Assembly (NCBI GenBank): GCA_950097015.1
Contig: CATNEN010000002.1
Span: forward strand, 8,990,001 to 9,054,000
Direction: 5' to 3'
Length of the DNA stretch: 64,000 bases
From: Macrostomum hystrix
Lineage: Eukaryota > Animalia > Platyhelminthes
In this document: positions 12,575 to 24,610 of the stretch, piece by piece
Layout: each line of letters opens with the position of its first letter
Numbering within the stretch: position 1 is the first letter of the stretch
Notes under the pieces: model-generated
Databases searched by the model: none
Told to the model about the DNA's origin: nothing
What the model saw: only the letters and a program-made list of their open reading frames with translations
Position numbers and translations under genes: made by a program

Positions 12575-13042
12575 TGACAAACCCGAGTGACTCACCTGAG
12601 TGACACACCGGAGTGATAATACCCGAGTGACACACCTGAGTGACACACCTGAGTGATAATACCCGAGTGACACACCTGAGTGACACACCGGAGTGATAAT
12701 ACCCGAGTGACACACCGGAGTGACACACCTGAGTGATAATACCTGAGTGACACACCTGAGTGACACACCGGAGTGATAATACCCGAGTGACACACCGGAG
12801 TGATAATACCCGAGTGACACACCGGAGTGATAATACCCGAGTGACACACCGGAGTGACACACCTGAGTGATAATACCCGAGTGACACACCTGAGTGACAC
12901 ACCTGAGTGACACACCTGAGTGACTCACCTGAGTGACACACCTGAGTGACTCACCCGAGTGACACACCTGAGTGACTCACCCGAGTGACACACCTGAGTG
13001 ACACACCTGAGTGACTCACCTGAGTGACACACCTGAGTGACG
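12575..13042. repeat. 13/14-bp mixed minisatellite (GAGTGACACACCT / GAGTGATAATACCC)
   Basis: Visible tandem copies. Confidence 0.9.
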
Positions 13043-13900
13043 CCCCATTGTTCCCTCTCTGCAAGAAGCAAAGAAAGGCCAGCAGTCTTGAAAGCAAAGC
13101 GTAGCAACATGTCTAGTCTTTCTTCAATAAGTTTTTTGTTTCGTAGCGGCAGTGTGAAAGTGCACGAGCTGAAGGCGCTGAAGGCGAGCATTTTGCAACG
13201 AAAACAATTTTTCTCGGTTGAAATTTGTTTACAAACGAAAAATAAACTCTACAGGCTCAAGACCTAGTCGATTAGTTACTTCGCCTATACATGAACTGAA
13301 CAAACCTCTCGAGTGCTTTGCTAATTTCGCATTTTTTTAACCAGAAACATAACACAAACTAAGTGCACTCTAATTTAAGGGTCTGCGAGTTTGACCAAAG
13401 AAAAATAAATTTGAAACAAAGCAGAACAAATTTCGAAAACGCAACCAGTGAATTTGATCAGAGTTCAGTTAAACAAAAATGCAAATTTTTGTGCTTGAAT
13501 TCAAATAAACAGTTTCTTTAAAAAGGGTCACTTTAGAACCCCAGCAACAGTAGTGGCTGTTGGATACCAAAGATACTCTCAGACACTACTCCACACACTA
13601 CTCACAGTAGAAATGCTTGCTTTGATCAGGACATTCAGGAATCCATTAACTTTTTTATAACGAGCTTTGCTTTTCTGTACCAAATAAGAAATTAGTGGCA
13701 TCCGTGGCAAACACTTTTGTTGCTAAGGGCACCTTGTACGGCAAGACGTCAAAGACCAGAATAATAAAACAGAGTTTTTTGCGAATGCATCAACCAATTC
13801 AAGTATAATTTAATGTTCGAACAACAAAATAACGAAGCCGACTGGTAAATAATGAAATCTGGGCCCCGTAACCACGGAAAACACACGCGTTGCTAGGCAT

Positions 13901-16900
13901 CTAGGACGCGCTTCCTCTACCACCGTTGCCAGGCGACCGGCAGGCGGCTGCAACGGAAGATGCCGGGGTCACCGCACTTGAATTTGTCGAGTTTGCTGAG
14001 CTAGTCGTCGCTGTGGTCGGAGTCGCCGAAATCGCCGGTGAGACGGAGGCGACGTTGCCGATGACAGCTGCGGAGCTGCATCCGGGCGCTGAGGCGAGGA
14101 GTGCGGCCATGAGCTGCGCCTGCTGATCCGGCCGGGCCTTCTCCAGCGCTCCGGCGGCGGTGCGAAACGCGCGCAGGGCGGGCAGCAGGCGCGGCTGATT
14201 CTCCAGACGGGCCACGACCTCTGCGGATGGGGCGGGCGGAGCTGCTGTCACTGCTACTATGACTCAACATATGGTGGAATAAATTTGAGGGCTCAAGCCT
14301 TTTTATTATCGTTTCTCATTGTCCACAGTCCTCCACCTGACAGTTTTCAAAACCCACAGACTTCGAACTGACATTTTCCATGACTTGAAATCATTAGTAA
14401 TTTTTTAGAGTTAAAGCTTTCGCATAACCGCTTCTGTAACTTACTACTGCAAGTATGACTCAACTTATGATTCGACTTGTAAAGTTTTTCGCATGGCATT
14501 TCTGCATAACGTCAGGTCGTGTGACCCAGTCCTAAATCTAGTTCTAGTCTCCACCTGAAAAGCAACTGTCTAATTAGTTTGTTGCTATCCAAGTTTTCCA
14601 AGTGTTTTCTGCCTGTCTCTCTTCTATGCTTCTAAATTCCTAAGTGTTCTCAGGCATTGTGCCATGGCATTGCCGCCACCACCACCTCCCCAAACAGCCT
14701 CCTGCACGTGTCTGAGAAATCTGTCCACTGATCTTCTGCACGTTTCATTGCGGCCAACAGCTGAGTGCGCTGTGAGTCGGGCCCCTCACGCAATGACCCT
14801 CGACAGCAGTCAGTATCACATTGGAGCTGTCTAGGACAATGGCAGGGACGAACCCTGCCTTCTCTGAGTTAGATTATTTGTGCAACTGTCTATACCCGGC
14901 GCATTGTGCTGCATCTGAGTGAAGGAGCTTTTATCATTGTCACGGGTCGCATAACTACCCGATCCGAAACTCTGAATACCGACTCAAACTCATCAGCCCC
15001 AGCTCAGTATTCTCAGGCACTGGCCATTGTGCTTTGGCCATTGTGCTATTCTCAGGCACTGGCCATTGTGCTTTGGCCATTGTGCTAAGGCGAGACACGC
15101 GAAAAAAACTGATGGGTCAGAAATTCGAATGACAAAAACATTTTATCTAAACTGATGCTGGTGCGAATGATCTCATGACTCATAATTGAGTGCTCAAATA
15201 GTCACTTACGATCCTCAGAGTGGCTGCTGAGCAGGAAGATGAAGTCGCTGATCACATCCTTGCGCGAGTTGAAGACCACATCAAGAATGACGGAACAGAA
15301 TTCGGCCATTTCGGCAACCAGATTGTCTGCGAGATTCAGCATGGTGGTTTTTACCGTGAATCTGCTCATAGAATCTCACTGGTCATAGAATCTCACTGCT
15401 CATAGAATCTCACTGGTCATAGAATCTCACTGCTCATAGAATCTCACTGCTCATAGAATCTCACTGCTCATAGAATCTCACTGGTCATAGAATCTCACTG
15501 CTCATAGAATCTCACTGCTCATAGAATCTCACTGCTCATAGAATCTCACTGCTCATAGAATTCACTGCTCATAGAATCTCACTGCTCATAGAATCTCACT
15601 GCTCATAGAATCTCACTGCTCATAGAATTCGCTGCTCATAGAATCTCATTGGTCATAGAAGAATCTCACTGCTCATAGAATTCGCTGCTCATAGAATCTC
15701 ATTGGTCATAGAAGAATCTCACTGCTCATAGAATCTCACTGGTCATAGAATCTCACTGCTCATAGAATCTCACTGCTCATAGAATCTCACTGGTCATAGA
15801 ATCTCATTGGTCATAGAATCTCACTGGTCATAGAATCTCACTGCTCATAGAATCTCACTGCTCATAGAATCTCACTGCTCATAGAATCTTACTGCTCATA
15901 GAATTCACTTCTCATAGAATCTCACTGCTCATAGAATCTCACTGCTCATAGAATCTCACTGCTCATAGAATTCGCTGCTCATAGAATCTCATTGGTCATA
16001 GAAGAATCTCACTGCTCATAGAATTCGCTGCTCATAGAATCTCATTGGTCATAGAAGAATCTCACTGCTCATAGAATCTCACTGGTCATAGAATCTCACT
16101 GCTCATAGAATCTCACTGCTCATAGAATCTCACTGGTCATAGAATCTCACTGGTCATAGAATCTCACTGCTCATGGAATCTCACTGCTCATAGAATCTCA
16201 CTGCTCATGGAATCTCACTGCTCATAGAATCTCACTGCTCATGGAATCTCACTGGTCATAATCCTACTCTCATCAGCCTGTCATCTCCGTTGATCCCGGT
16301 ACTCACTCATCCTTCCGTCGCAGTCGGCGATGTCCTGCCTTCTGTCAGCCGAGCATCGTCTGAGTCGACAGCCCAGCTCGAAGGCCAGGTGGCTCATTGA
16401 ACTGGTTCCGGCCTGGCGCAGAGTCTGCGAGCTCAGCAGGAACTGGCGAGTCAGCGACAGCAGCAGGATGTGCTTCCAGTTGGCGAATGCGGCACCGCTG
16501 TTACCGACGTCACTGTCCCGGCTCCAGCGCAGGATGCACATCAGGCAGACCTTCTCCAGCTCCGTCACGCAGCTCGCCGGGTCGTCAGACTTGTCCATGG
16601 CCTCGCGCACCAGCTCCAAGCTGATTGGCAGCGAGTGAGACATGCCGCTGGATAAAAGGCGCAGCGCCAACGAAGGATCGGAGCAATCGTTGAGCAGCTG
16701 CTGCTGATGGGGTTGAGGATGCGCTGAATATGGCTGCTGCTGCTGCTGCTGCTGCAGAATTCCTCCAGCAAAGTGAGGCCGCAGCATGCCGCCGTTCATC
16801 ATGGGTGGAGGCGGCGGAGGAGAGTAGTACAGTGCAGCGCAGGAGCCCGCGGCCGACGGCGGCTGCGCCTGCGGCGGCGGTCGCAGCGGTGGCGGCGGCA

Positions 16901-19265
16901 GCTGCGGCAGAATCCGGCCATTGGGCGCGGGACTCCCAGACGCTGTTGAAGTGTAGCCAAGGAGACCTGGCGGCAGCGGCAGCGGTGGCTGTTGTGGCGA
17001 AGGCGGCTGCTGGAAGTAGCGATGACTGGCGGTTGCCGCTGCCATGAACGCAGCGTCTGGCACACCGAGACTGGAGGGCAGGCGCGGTGGCTGCAGGGGA
17101 CCGCGAAGGCCGTAGGCAGGGTCCCTATGTGGTGGCGGCGGCGGCGGCGGCGGCAGCGGCTGCCGATATGCGAAGCCGGCCGCCGTAGCGAAATTGCTCG
17201 GAAACGGCGGTCCGACGGAGCTCGCCGCGGCGGCTGCCACAGCGGCGGCTGCAGCGGCGGCGGCTGATCTTTTCACTGCGGCTGTCGAGGCGCTCTCGGC
17301 GGGTCCGGCTGCCATCTGCCTGGCTGTCTTGTGGATTCGCGCTGACCCGGTTGAGGTCCTCGACTGATGCGGCTGCAGCATCGCCGGCTGCGACGGCTGC
17401 TGCCTCAGCTGCTGAAAGTCCTTCTTTGTCAAAGAATCCTCCTTGGACTGCACCGCAGTCTGGTGGTGTCTTGCGGCGTCTCCGCAGGCCTCAGATCGAG
17501 GATGCTTCGCTGATTGGCTCTGCGGTTGCTATGGCAACGGAAGTTGCGAGTAGCGAGTTAGATTTAGCAGCATCGGTAAGCTTTTGTCCAGAAAGTGCTT
17601 AGCGATTTCAGTCTCGGGATGAGGATTCGAGTTTCTGATTGAGGATTCGTGGATTCTAGATAGGGATTTCTGTTTCCAAATAAGGTTTTGAATTTTTAGA
17701 TCGGGATTAAGGGCTCTGGATGGGGATTGAACTTTCTAGGATCAGAATTTCGCTCTGAGCCTCAATAGTGATTACCTGTTTGAAACCGCTAACTGCAGTC
17801 GCAGAGTTTTCACTTACGCCGAACTTTCCGTAGACCGACTTTGAGTTCCGTCCGCCGGGCATGTGGTTCTCGCGCACGGCTGCAATGAACGGATATTATT
17901 TTATGAAGCCTGCCTCGCCTCAGCTGCTCAAAATCCCGTGAAGATTTGCTTCCCGACTCTCACCTTCAACAACCATGCCGGTTTCCAGGCACTTCCTGAA
18001 GCGGCAGAACTGGCAGTTGTTCCGCCGCTGCAGCTGGACGTCGCAGATCCGGTCGAAGGAGCACTCATAAATGCGGCGGTTCTGAACTGTGCGCTTGAAG
18101 AAGCCCTTGCAGCTGCGGGCGGCACAGGAGGGTTGATGGAGCAGGGATCAGGGATTGATGGAGCTGGGATCAGGGATTGATGGAGCTGGGATCAGGGATT
18201 GATGGAGCTGGGATCAGGGATTGATGGAGCTGGGATCAGGGATTGATGGAGCTGGGATCAGCAATGGGTCACAAGCGGCTCTCACCCCTCGCACGTCATA
18301 ACGCCATAGTGCAGGCCGGTGGCGCGGTCCTCGCACACCGCGCACGGCTCCCCTGAAGCCACCGCCGCGGCTGCTACTGCGGCCGACGCGCCAGAAGTCG
18401 AAGCCAGAGAAGCTTCGCCAGCCTCGGTGGAAGCAGCCGAGTCCTTCAGGCTCGCTGCGTCGTCGTTCAGCGTGCTGGCTGTGGACATTGTCTCCACCAG
18501 GGCGTCACCGAGCTCCTCCATGGCTCCGCCGAGTTCGCCGCCGGCGCCTCCGCCGCTGTAGAACCTGACGAAGTTGTTCAGCGACAAACCCGGAGCCTCC
18601 AGCTTCCGCTTGCGGTTCGCGTTGGCGAATTTCTCGTGGAATTTTTTTGTGTAGTACAGCGATGCATCCGAGCTGTCGCCGCTGCTGCCTTCGCCCGATG
18701 CCGCAGCGGCGGCGGAAGCAGCGGCCGCGGCGGCCGCCACAGCAGCCGACTCCGACTGGCGCTGCTCGTCGTTGCTATCCAGCGGCGGCAGCAGCTGCTG
18801 GGAGCAGAGCTTTAGTCCGCAGGTGGCCAGGCGGCAGCTGGAGTTGTCGCGCACGAAGGACACGCCGAACTCGTTGAGGATGCGGTTGAGCAGCTGGCTG
18901 GGGTTGCTCACCTCCGAATCGTCGGAGTTGTCGCTGACGTCGCCGGTGGTCGGCACCTTGTCTGAGTCGTCGGTGCCGCTCTTGGCGTCCGGCTCCTGCT
19001 TGGCTTCCTCCAGGTCGTCTGAGTTGGCAGCGAGGTGCAGCTTCAGCTTCATGTGTTTGAAGGCGCTGCTGCTCCTGCCGCAGCCGCCGCTGCCGCTTCC
19101 GTGGCCGCTACTGCTGCTGCTGTGGCCAGCCCGACTGCCTCCGCCGCCGCCTCCGCTGCTGCTGCTGCTGCTGCTTCCACCGCCGACGCTAGCGGCTTCT
19201 TCGTCACACATGATTTCCTTCGGCGGGCTGCTGGCGGCTTCTGCTCGGAGATTGGATGTTTGCAT
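13901..19265 (-). CDS. NR6A1: Nuclear receptor subfamily 6 (GCNF/HR4-like), 7 coding exons, ~977 aa
   Basis: Exons 19265-18286, 18112-17964, 17879-17818, ~17528-16307 (acceptor uncertain), 15326-15210, 14769-14686 and 14220-13901; phases are consistent and the total is 2934 nt. DBD [86 protein letters not shown] closely matches HR4/GCNF. The last exon RTAAGALEKARPDQQAQLMAALLAS aligns with the GCNF C-terminus. Confidence 0.9.
15360..16262. repeat. 17-bp minisatellite (CATAGAATCTCACTGCT) in nuclear receptor intron
   Basis: About 50 tandem copies between exons at 15326 and 16307. Confidence 0.95.
18128..18262. repeat. 22-bp minisatellite (GGGATTGATGGAGCTGGGATCA) filling the intron inside the first zinc finger
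   Basis: About 6 copies in the 173-bp intron 18113-18285. Confidence 0.9.
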
Positions 19266-19864
19266 TAGCTACTGTGAGGTGGCCTGTGCTCAAACTCTGC
19301 TCAAGCGGTGGCCAAAATAGCTGGAGAGTTTTTGGGGCCACACGGGCGCTCCGCCCGCTGACATTGATAAAGACCGAGAGAATAGGGACGGAGAGAAAGA
19401 CAACAAAAGGGAGAGAATGGTTGGACGGCCCCCTACAGAAGCAGGCAGCACTCGAATGGGCCGTGAGGCACAATGGACGGCGGGCTGCAGCTCGAAGGGC
19501 AGCTCCGCTGGCTCGGCTGAGAAGCGGGCTGCCTGTGCTCAGACACGAGCAATATTTCACAATGGGCTATGACCCTAGGAGTCTGCAGCCAACTCGAGTC
19601 TGGAGGGCTTCAGAACAATGGACTACGCTCGGAGATCTGGGGTCCCATGGCACACAGCTGCCAGACAAAAAACCTGCGTAAACAGGTCTGCCCTGCGGAC
19701 ACTGCAAGGCCAGGTGAATACGACCCATGGCTTCGAGGGCCTCGATAGCGGTAAGGTTTGCTTCTATGCAGAAAATAGAAGAAGAATTTAATTTTTGGCG
19801 ATGTTTTGGGTGCAACAGGAAGTGGCTGCCTGAGCTTGGAGTTAGGAGGCTAATGAGGGCAAGG

Positions 19865-20315
19865 CGTGTGGGGTGGCGGGTGGGGTCTAGGAGTGAGGTG
19901 GTGGTGTTGGACAGGGATTGAGGTGGTGGGTGGGGTCTAGGAGTTGGTGGTGGGTGGGGTATAAGAGTGAGGTGGTGGGGTCTATAAGTGAGGGGGTCGG
20001 TGGGGTCTAGGAGTGAGGTGGTGGTGTTGGACAGGGATTGAGGTGGTGGGTGGGGTCTAGGAGTTGGTGGTGGGTGGGGTATAGGAGTTGGTGGTGGGTG
20101 GGGTATAGGAGTTGGTGGTGGGTGGGGTCTAGGAGTTGGTGGTGGGTGAGGTCTAGGAGTTGGTGGTGGGTGGGGTATAGGAGTGAGGTGGGTGGGGTCT
20201 ATAAGTGAGGGGGTCGGTGGGGTCTAGGAGTTGGTGGTGGGTGGGGTCTAGGAGTGAAGTGGTGTTTGGGGTCTAGGATTGAGGTGGGGGCGGGAAGTGA
20301 GGTGGTGGGTGTGGG
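19865..20315. repeat. G-rich ~24-bp degenerate repeat (GGTGGTGGGTGGGGTCTAGGAGTT), G-quadruplex potential
   Basis: Dense GGG/GGGG runs on the + strand, upstream of the nuclear receptor ATG. Confidence 0.85.
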
Positions 20316-20835
20316 TTGTCTCACTGCAGATAAGTGTCACAAGGATGTTAGGCCGCATGATTTGGGAACATTTCAAAGCGAATTAAAGTTTTTTATTGAA
20401 ATGTGATAAACCAAAAAACAACAAGTGCTGAGTATTTTCCGCGGACAAAAAGTTCTAAACAGCATTCAGCTGTCACTCCCAGAATTGGATCAAGTGAATC
20501 AGGTGACCGCCCACGCAAGTTTTATTCATCGGAAAAATTTGTTGAATGAGAGCCCGGCTGCAAGCAATGGGAAACCTGATCCAGTGCCTGAATGAGTGAG
20601 CTATAATCCTAAGGATTATCTGCTGAGCGGCAGTTTGTGGTGGGGTGGCTGTTAACTATTGAGCTGTCAAATTTCTGACGTCGGTGACGATAGCGATTCC
20701 GGATTAGAGGACGCTGAGAGAATGAGAGAAAAATCAAATGGAAATTTGTCCGCATTTTTCAGGACTCGAGAATTTGTAAACCGCTCACGTCACACATTGG
20801 CGGGCCTGCGAGGACCAGCTCACATTTATCTCATT

Positions 20836-21050
20836 GTCTCTGTCTCACTGTCTCTGTCTCACTGTCTCACTGTCTCACTGTCTCACTGTCTCTGTCTCAC
20901 TGTCTCTGTCTCACTGTCTCTGTCTCACTGTCTCTGTCTCACTGTCTCTGTCTCACTGTCTCTGTCTCACTGTCTCTGTCTCACTGTCTCTGTCTCACTG
21001 TCTCTGTCTCACTGTCTCTGTCTCACTGTCTCTGTCTATTCTCTGTCTTT
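20836..21050. repeat. (CTGTCT/CTGTCTCA)n simple repeat
   Basis: Visible tandem copies. Confidence 0.9.
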
Positions 21051-21404
21051 CTAGTCTCTACTTTTCTCAGCTCCAGGATTTTCACTAGCTGTGGCAGGCA
21101 CTGCTTACTCACGAGGATTGGCATAAATTTCCAGGATTTGAGCAACCGGTCTTGCGTGGTTGTGTGAGAATAGATTTGAGACTGAAAGCAAAAACAGAGG
21201 CTGGCCCGCCGGGGCTTGGCACGCAAGTACATACCAGAGAGCAATGGCCGGGTTAAACTCACTTAGTGCGACGCATCTGAAAAGAGCATTGTTGAGGGCT
21301 GCGGAAAAAATGACAGTTCCATTTTCTGTTCTTAATTCCAGTGGCAATGCTGCAGTGCGGGATGCTAGAACTTAGTATTAGGGTGAAACAGTTGATTAAA
21401 GTTG

Positions 21405-22810
21405 TCTAGACTAGCAATCAATGGATTATAGACAAGCAATCCATTGGCTATAGACTAGCAATCCATAGGCTATAGACTAGCAATCCATCGGCTATAGACT
21501 AGCAATCCATTGTCTATTGACAAACAATCCATCAATTATAGACTAGCAATCCATCGGCTATAGACTAGCAATCCATCAGCTATAGACTAGCAATCCATCG
21601 GCTATAGACTAGCAATCCATTGGCTATAGACTAGCAATCCATCGGCTATAGACTAGCAATCCATCAGCTATAGACTAGCAATCCATCGGCTATAGACTAG
21701 CAATCCATTGGCTATAGACTAGCAATCCATCGGCTATAGACTAGCAATCCATCGGCTATAGACTAGCAATCCATCGGCTATAGACTAGCAATCCATCGGC
21801 TATAGACTAGCAATCCATCGGCTATAGACTAGCAATCCATCGGCTATAGACTAGCAATCCATCGGCTATAGACTAGCAATCCATCGGCTATAGACTAGCA
21901 ATCCATCGGCTATAGACTAGCAATCCATCGGCTATAGACTAGCAATCCATCGGCTATAGACTAGCAATCCATCGGCTATAGACTAGCAATCCATCGGCTA
22001 TAGACTAGCAATCCATTATCTATTGATAAGCAATCCATCGGCTATAGACTAGCAATCCATTGGCTATAGACTAGCAATCCATTGGCTATAGACAAGCAAT
22101 CCATTGGCTATAGACTAGCAATCCATTGGCTATATACTAGCAATCCATTGGCTATAGACTAGCAATCCATCGGCTATAGACTAGCAATCCATTGGCTATA
22201 GACTAGCAATCCATCGGCTATAGACAAGCAATCCATTGGCTATAGACTAGCAATCCATTGACTATAGACTAGCAATCCATCGGCTATAGACTAGCAATCC
22301 ATAGGCTATAGACTAGCAATCCATCGGCTATAGACTAGCAATCCATTATCTATTGATAAGCAATCCATCGGCTATAGACTAGCAATCCATCGGCTATAAG
22401 ACTAGCAATCCATTGAGTATAGACTAGCAATCCATTGGCTATAGACTAGCAATCCATCGGCTATAGACTAGCAATCCATTGAGTATAGACAAGCAATCCA
22501 TCGGCTATAGACTAGCAATCCATTGACTATAGACTAGCAATCCATTGGCTATAGACTAGCAATCCATAGGCTATAGACTAGCAATCCATCGGCTATAGAC
22601 TAGCAATCCATCGGCTATAGACTAGCAATCCATCGGCTATAGACTAGCAATCCATTGAGTATAGACTAGCAATCCATCGGCTATAGACTAGCAATCCATT
22701 GGCTATAGACTAGCAATCCATTGGCTATAGACTAGCAATCCATTGAGTATAGACTAGCAATTTATTGAGTATAGACTAGCAATCCATTGACTATAGACTA
22801 GCAATCCCTT
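21405..22810. repeat. 22-bp minisatellite (GGCTATAGACTAGCAATCCATC)
   Basis: About 60 tandem copies. Confidence 0.95.
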
Positions 22811-23599
22811 GACCAGACTACAAAATCCATCTGAGGATAACTTTGAAACCTCAGAAGCAATTCCAAAGCAATTGCGAGCTCCACCCGGTCAAGCAGGCGC
22901 AGGGGGCGGCAGCCGCACATTTTCAGTTGGTCCCAGAAACGCTTACTCAACTGCTGCTGCTTGCGTCGCCAGGCCAGTCTGCTGCGCGCGCCGATTTCTG
23001 CAGATTCGAACTCCGTACCTCAGCCGGGATGGATGGGTTATTGGCCCGGGGTTTTGTTCAGGTGTTGAATACTTGGCTGAGTTGCATATTCTCAACCGGC
23101 TGCGGTATTTATGGGAAAACCTGCTGACGGTTGAATGGCGAGAGTTGAGCCGCTGATACAAAATCCCATTTCCAACCAGCCGCTCGCGTGCGGGGGCGGC
23201 GCCGATTGTCGGGGGCGGTGGATTTGTTGTTCGGGGGGAGGATGGGGGGCTTGTAGTTTTTTGTCGGCCTCTCAATTTTCTTCGAAATCTGCCAAACTAG
23301 GCGATCAATTTGTGAATGGAGAGCAGCCGGCTCATGGCCCCTTCTCTCACGTTTGAGAAGATTAAAAGATTTTCGCAAGATTGTCCTGATAGTTCGACAT
23401 TCCACAGATTATCAGCCAGCTGATTATCTCACGGCTGTATTTGAGGATTTTATAGGCGACAAAGCAGCCTCGCTGCCTGAGTGACAGGTGGCCTGCTACT
23501 AGGAGATAAACAATTCCTCAGTGACGCCTGAGCACTTGGACAGCTGACAATGCTGGCTAAAATAGGAATTTCATTGATTCGCTTGACTAAGAGAAAGAC

Positions 23600-23940
23600 C
23601 CGGTGTCTAACAGGTATACCGGGTGTCTAACAGGTATACCCGGTGTCTAACAGGGTAGCTCAGTGTCTAACAGGTATACCCGGTGTCTAACAGGTATACC
23701 CGGTGCCTAACAGGCTAGCTCGGTGTCTAACAGGTATACCTGGTGTCTAACAGGTATACCCAGTGTCAAAACAGGTATACCGGGTGTCTAACAGGTATAC
23801 TCGGTCTCTAACAGGTATACCATGTGTCTAACAGGTATACCCGGTGTCAAAACAGGGTGGCTCGGTGTCTAAGAGGTTTATTAAGTGTCCAACAGGTATA
23901 CCCGACGGTCCAACAGGTATATATCATTGCCTAACAGGTG
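23600..23940. repeat. 20-bp minisatellite (GTGTCTAACAGGTATACCCG)
   Basis: About 16 copies, degenerating at the 3' end. Confidence 0.9.
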
Positions 23941-24565
23941 TCTCACAGAGCTACATGTAAATTGGGAACTGCAGATATCTAAAAACAAGTGAGTTTCGCT
24001 TAGCACATTCGCTTCCCTCAAGTATCTCCTTACGATTGAATAATGGACATACCTGCCTATCTACCGATGTCCATTTTGTCAGTAGCATCTAACGCACATA
24101 AGCACTAAATTACTGTCTAGAAGGTTTATATATTTATTTATTCTGCAAAGGTGGGATGAGCACACACGCACACAGCTCTCACCTGCAAGTTCAGCTACAG
24201 ACAATTTCCTGTTGACAAGCTCAGCTAAACACTAGCTTATGAATGAAATCTTAGAGAAAAATGAAATGTTTCATCTCACAATGAGATCTGAGAATAATTA
24301 GCGTGGGCATTAACTAATTCACTGTGGGCTCAAATTGAGTCCATTCCTTCTCTCCGCCTTCTCTAAATTTTATTCTCTGATTTGCTCAGCTAGCTGCTTC
24401 TCTTTCCTTGGCTGCTCAACTGAGTAGGCTCGGGGTGTGAGAAGGCTGGCTGCTCCATTGAGAACAAACAAGAAGGCTGGCATCGGTGCTAGCACAATGG
24501 CCCCGAGTAGCACAAATTGTCAAAGAGTTCGCTCACCATCTGTTAGCTCAACCTGGCATGCCGTG

Positions 24566-24574
24566 ATGGAGGCC

Positions 24575-24610
<36 letters not shown>

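Noticed and set aside
22943-23275. Minus-strand ORF containing EQNPGP as a 2A ribosome-skipping peptide
   Set aside because: It lacks the D(V/I)ExNPGP consensus and the upstream hydrophobic helix; there is no linked retroelement ORF and no other support for coding.
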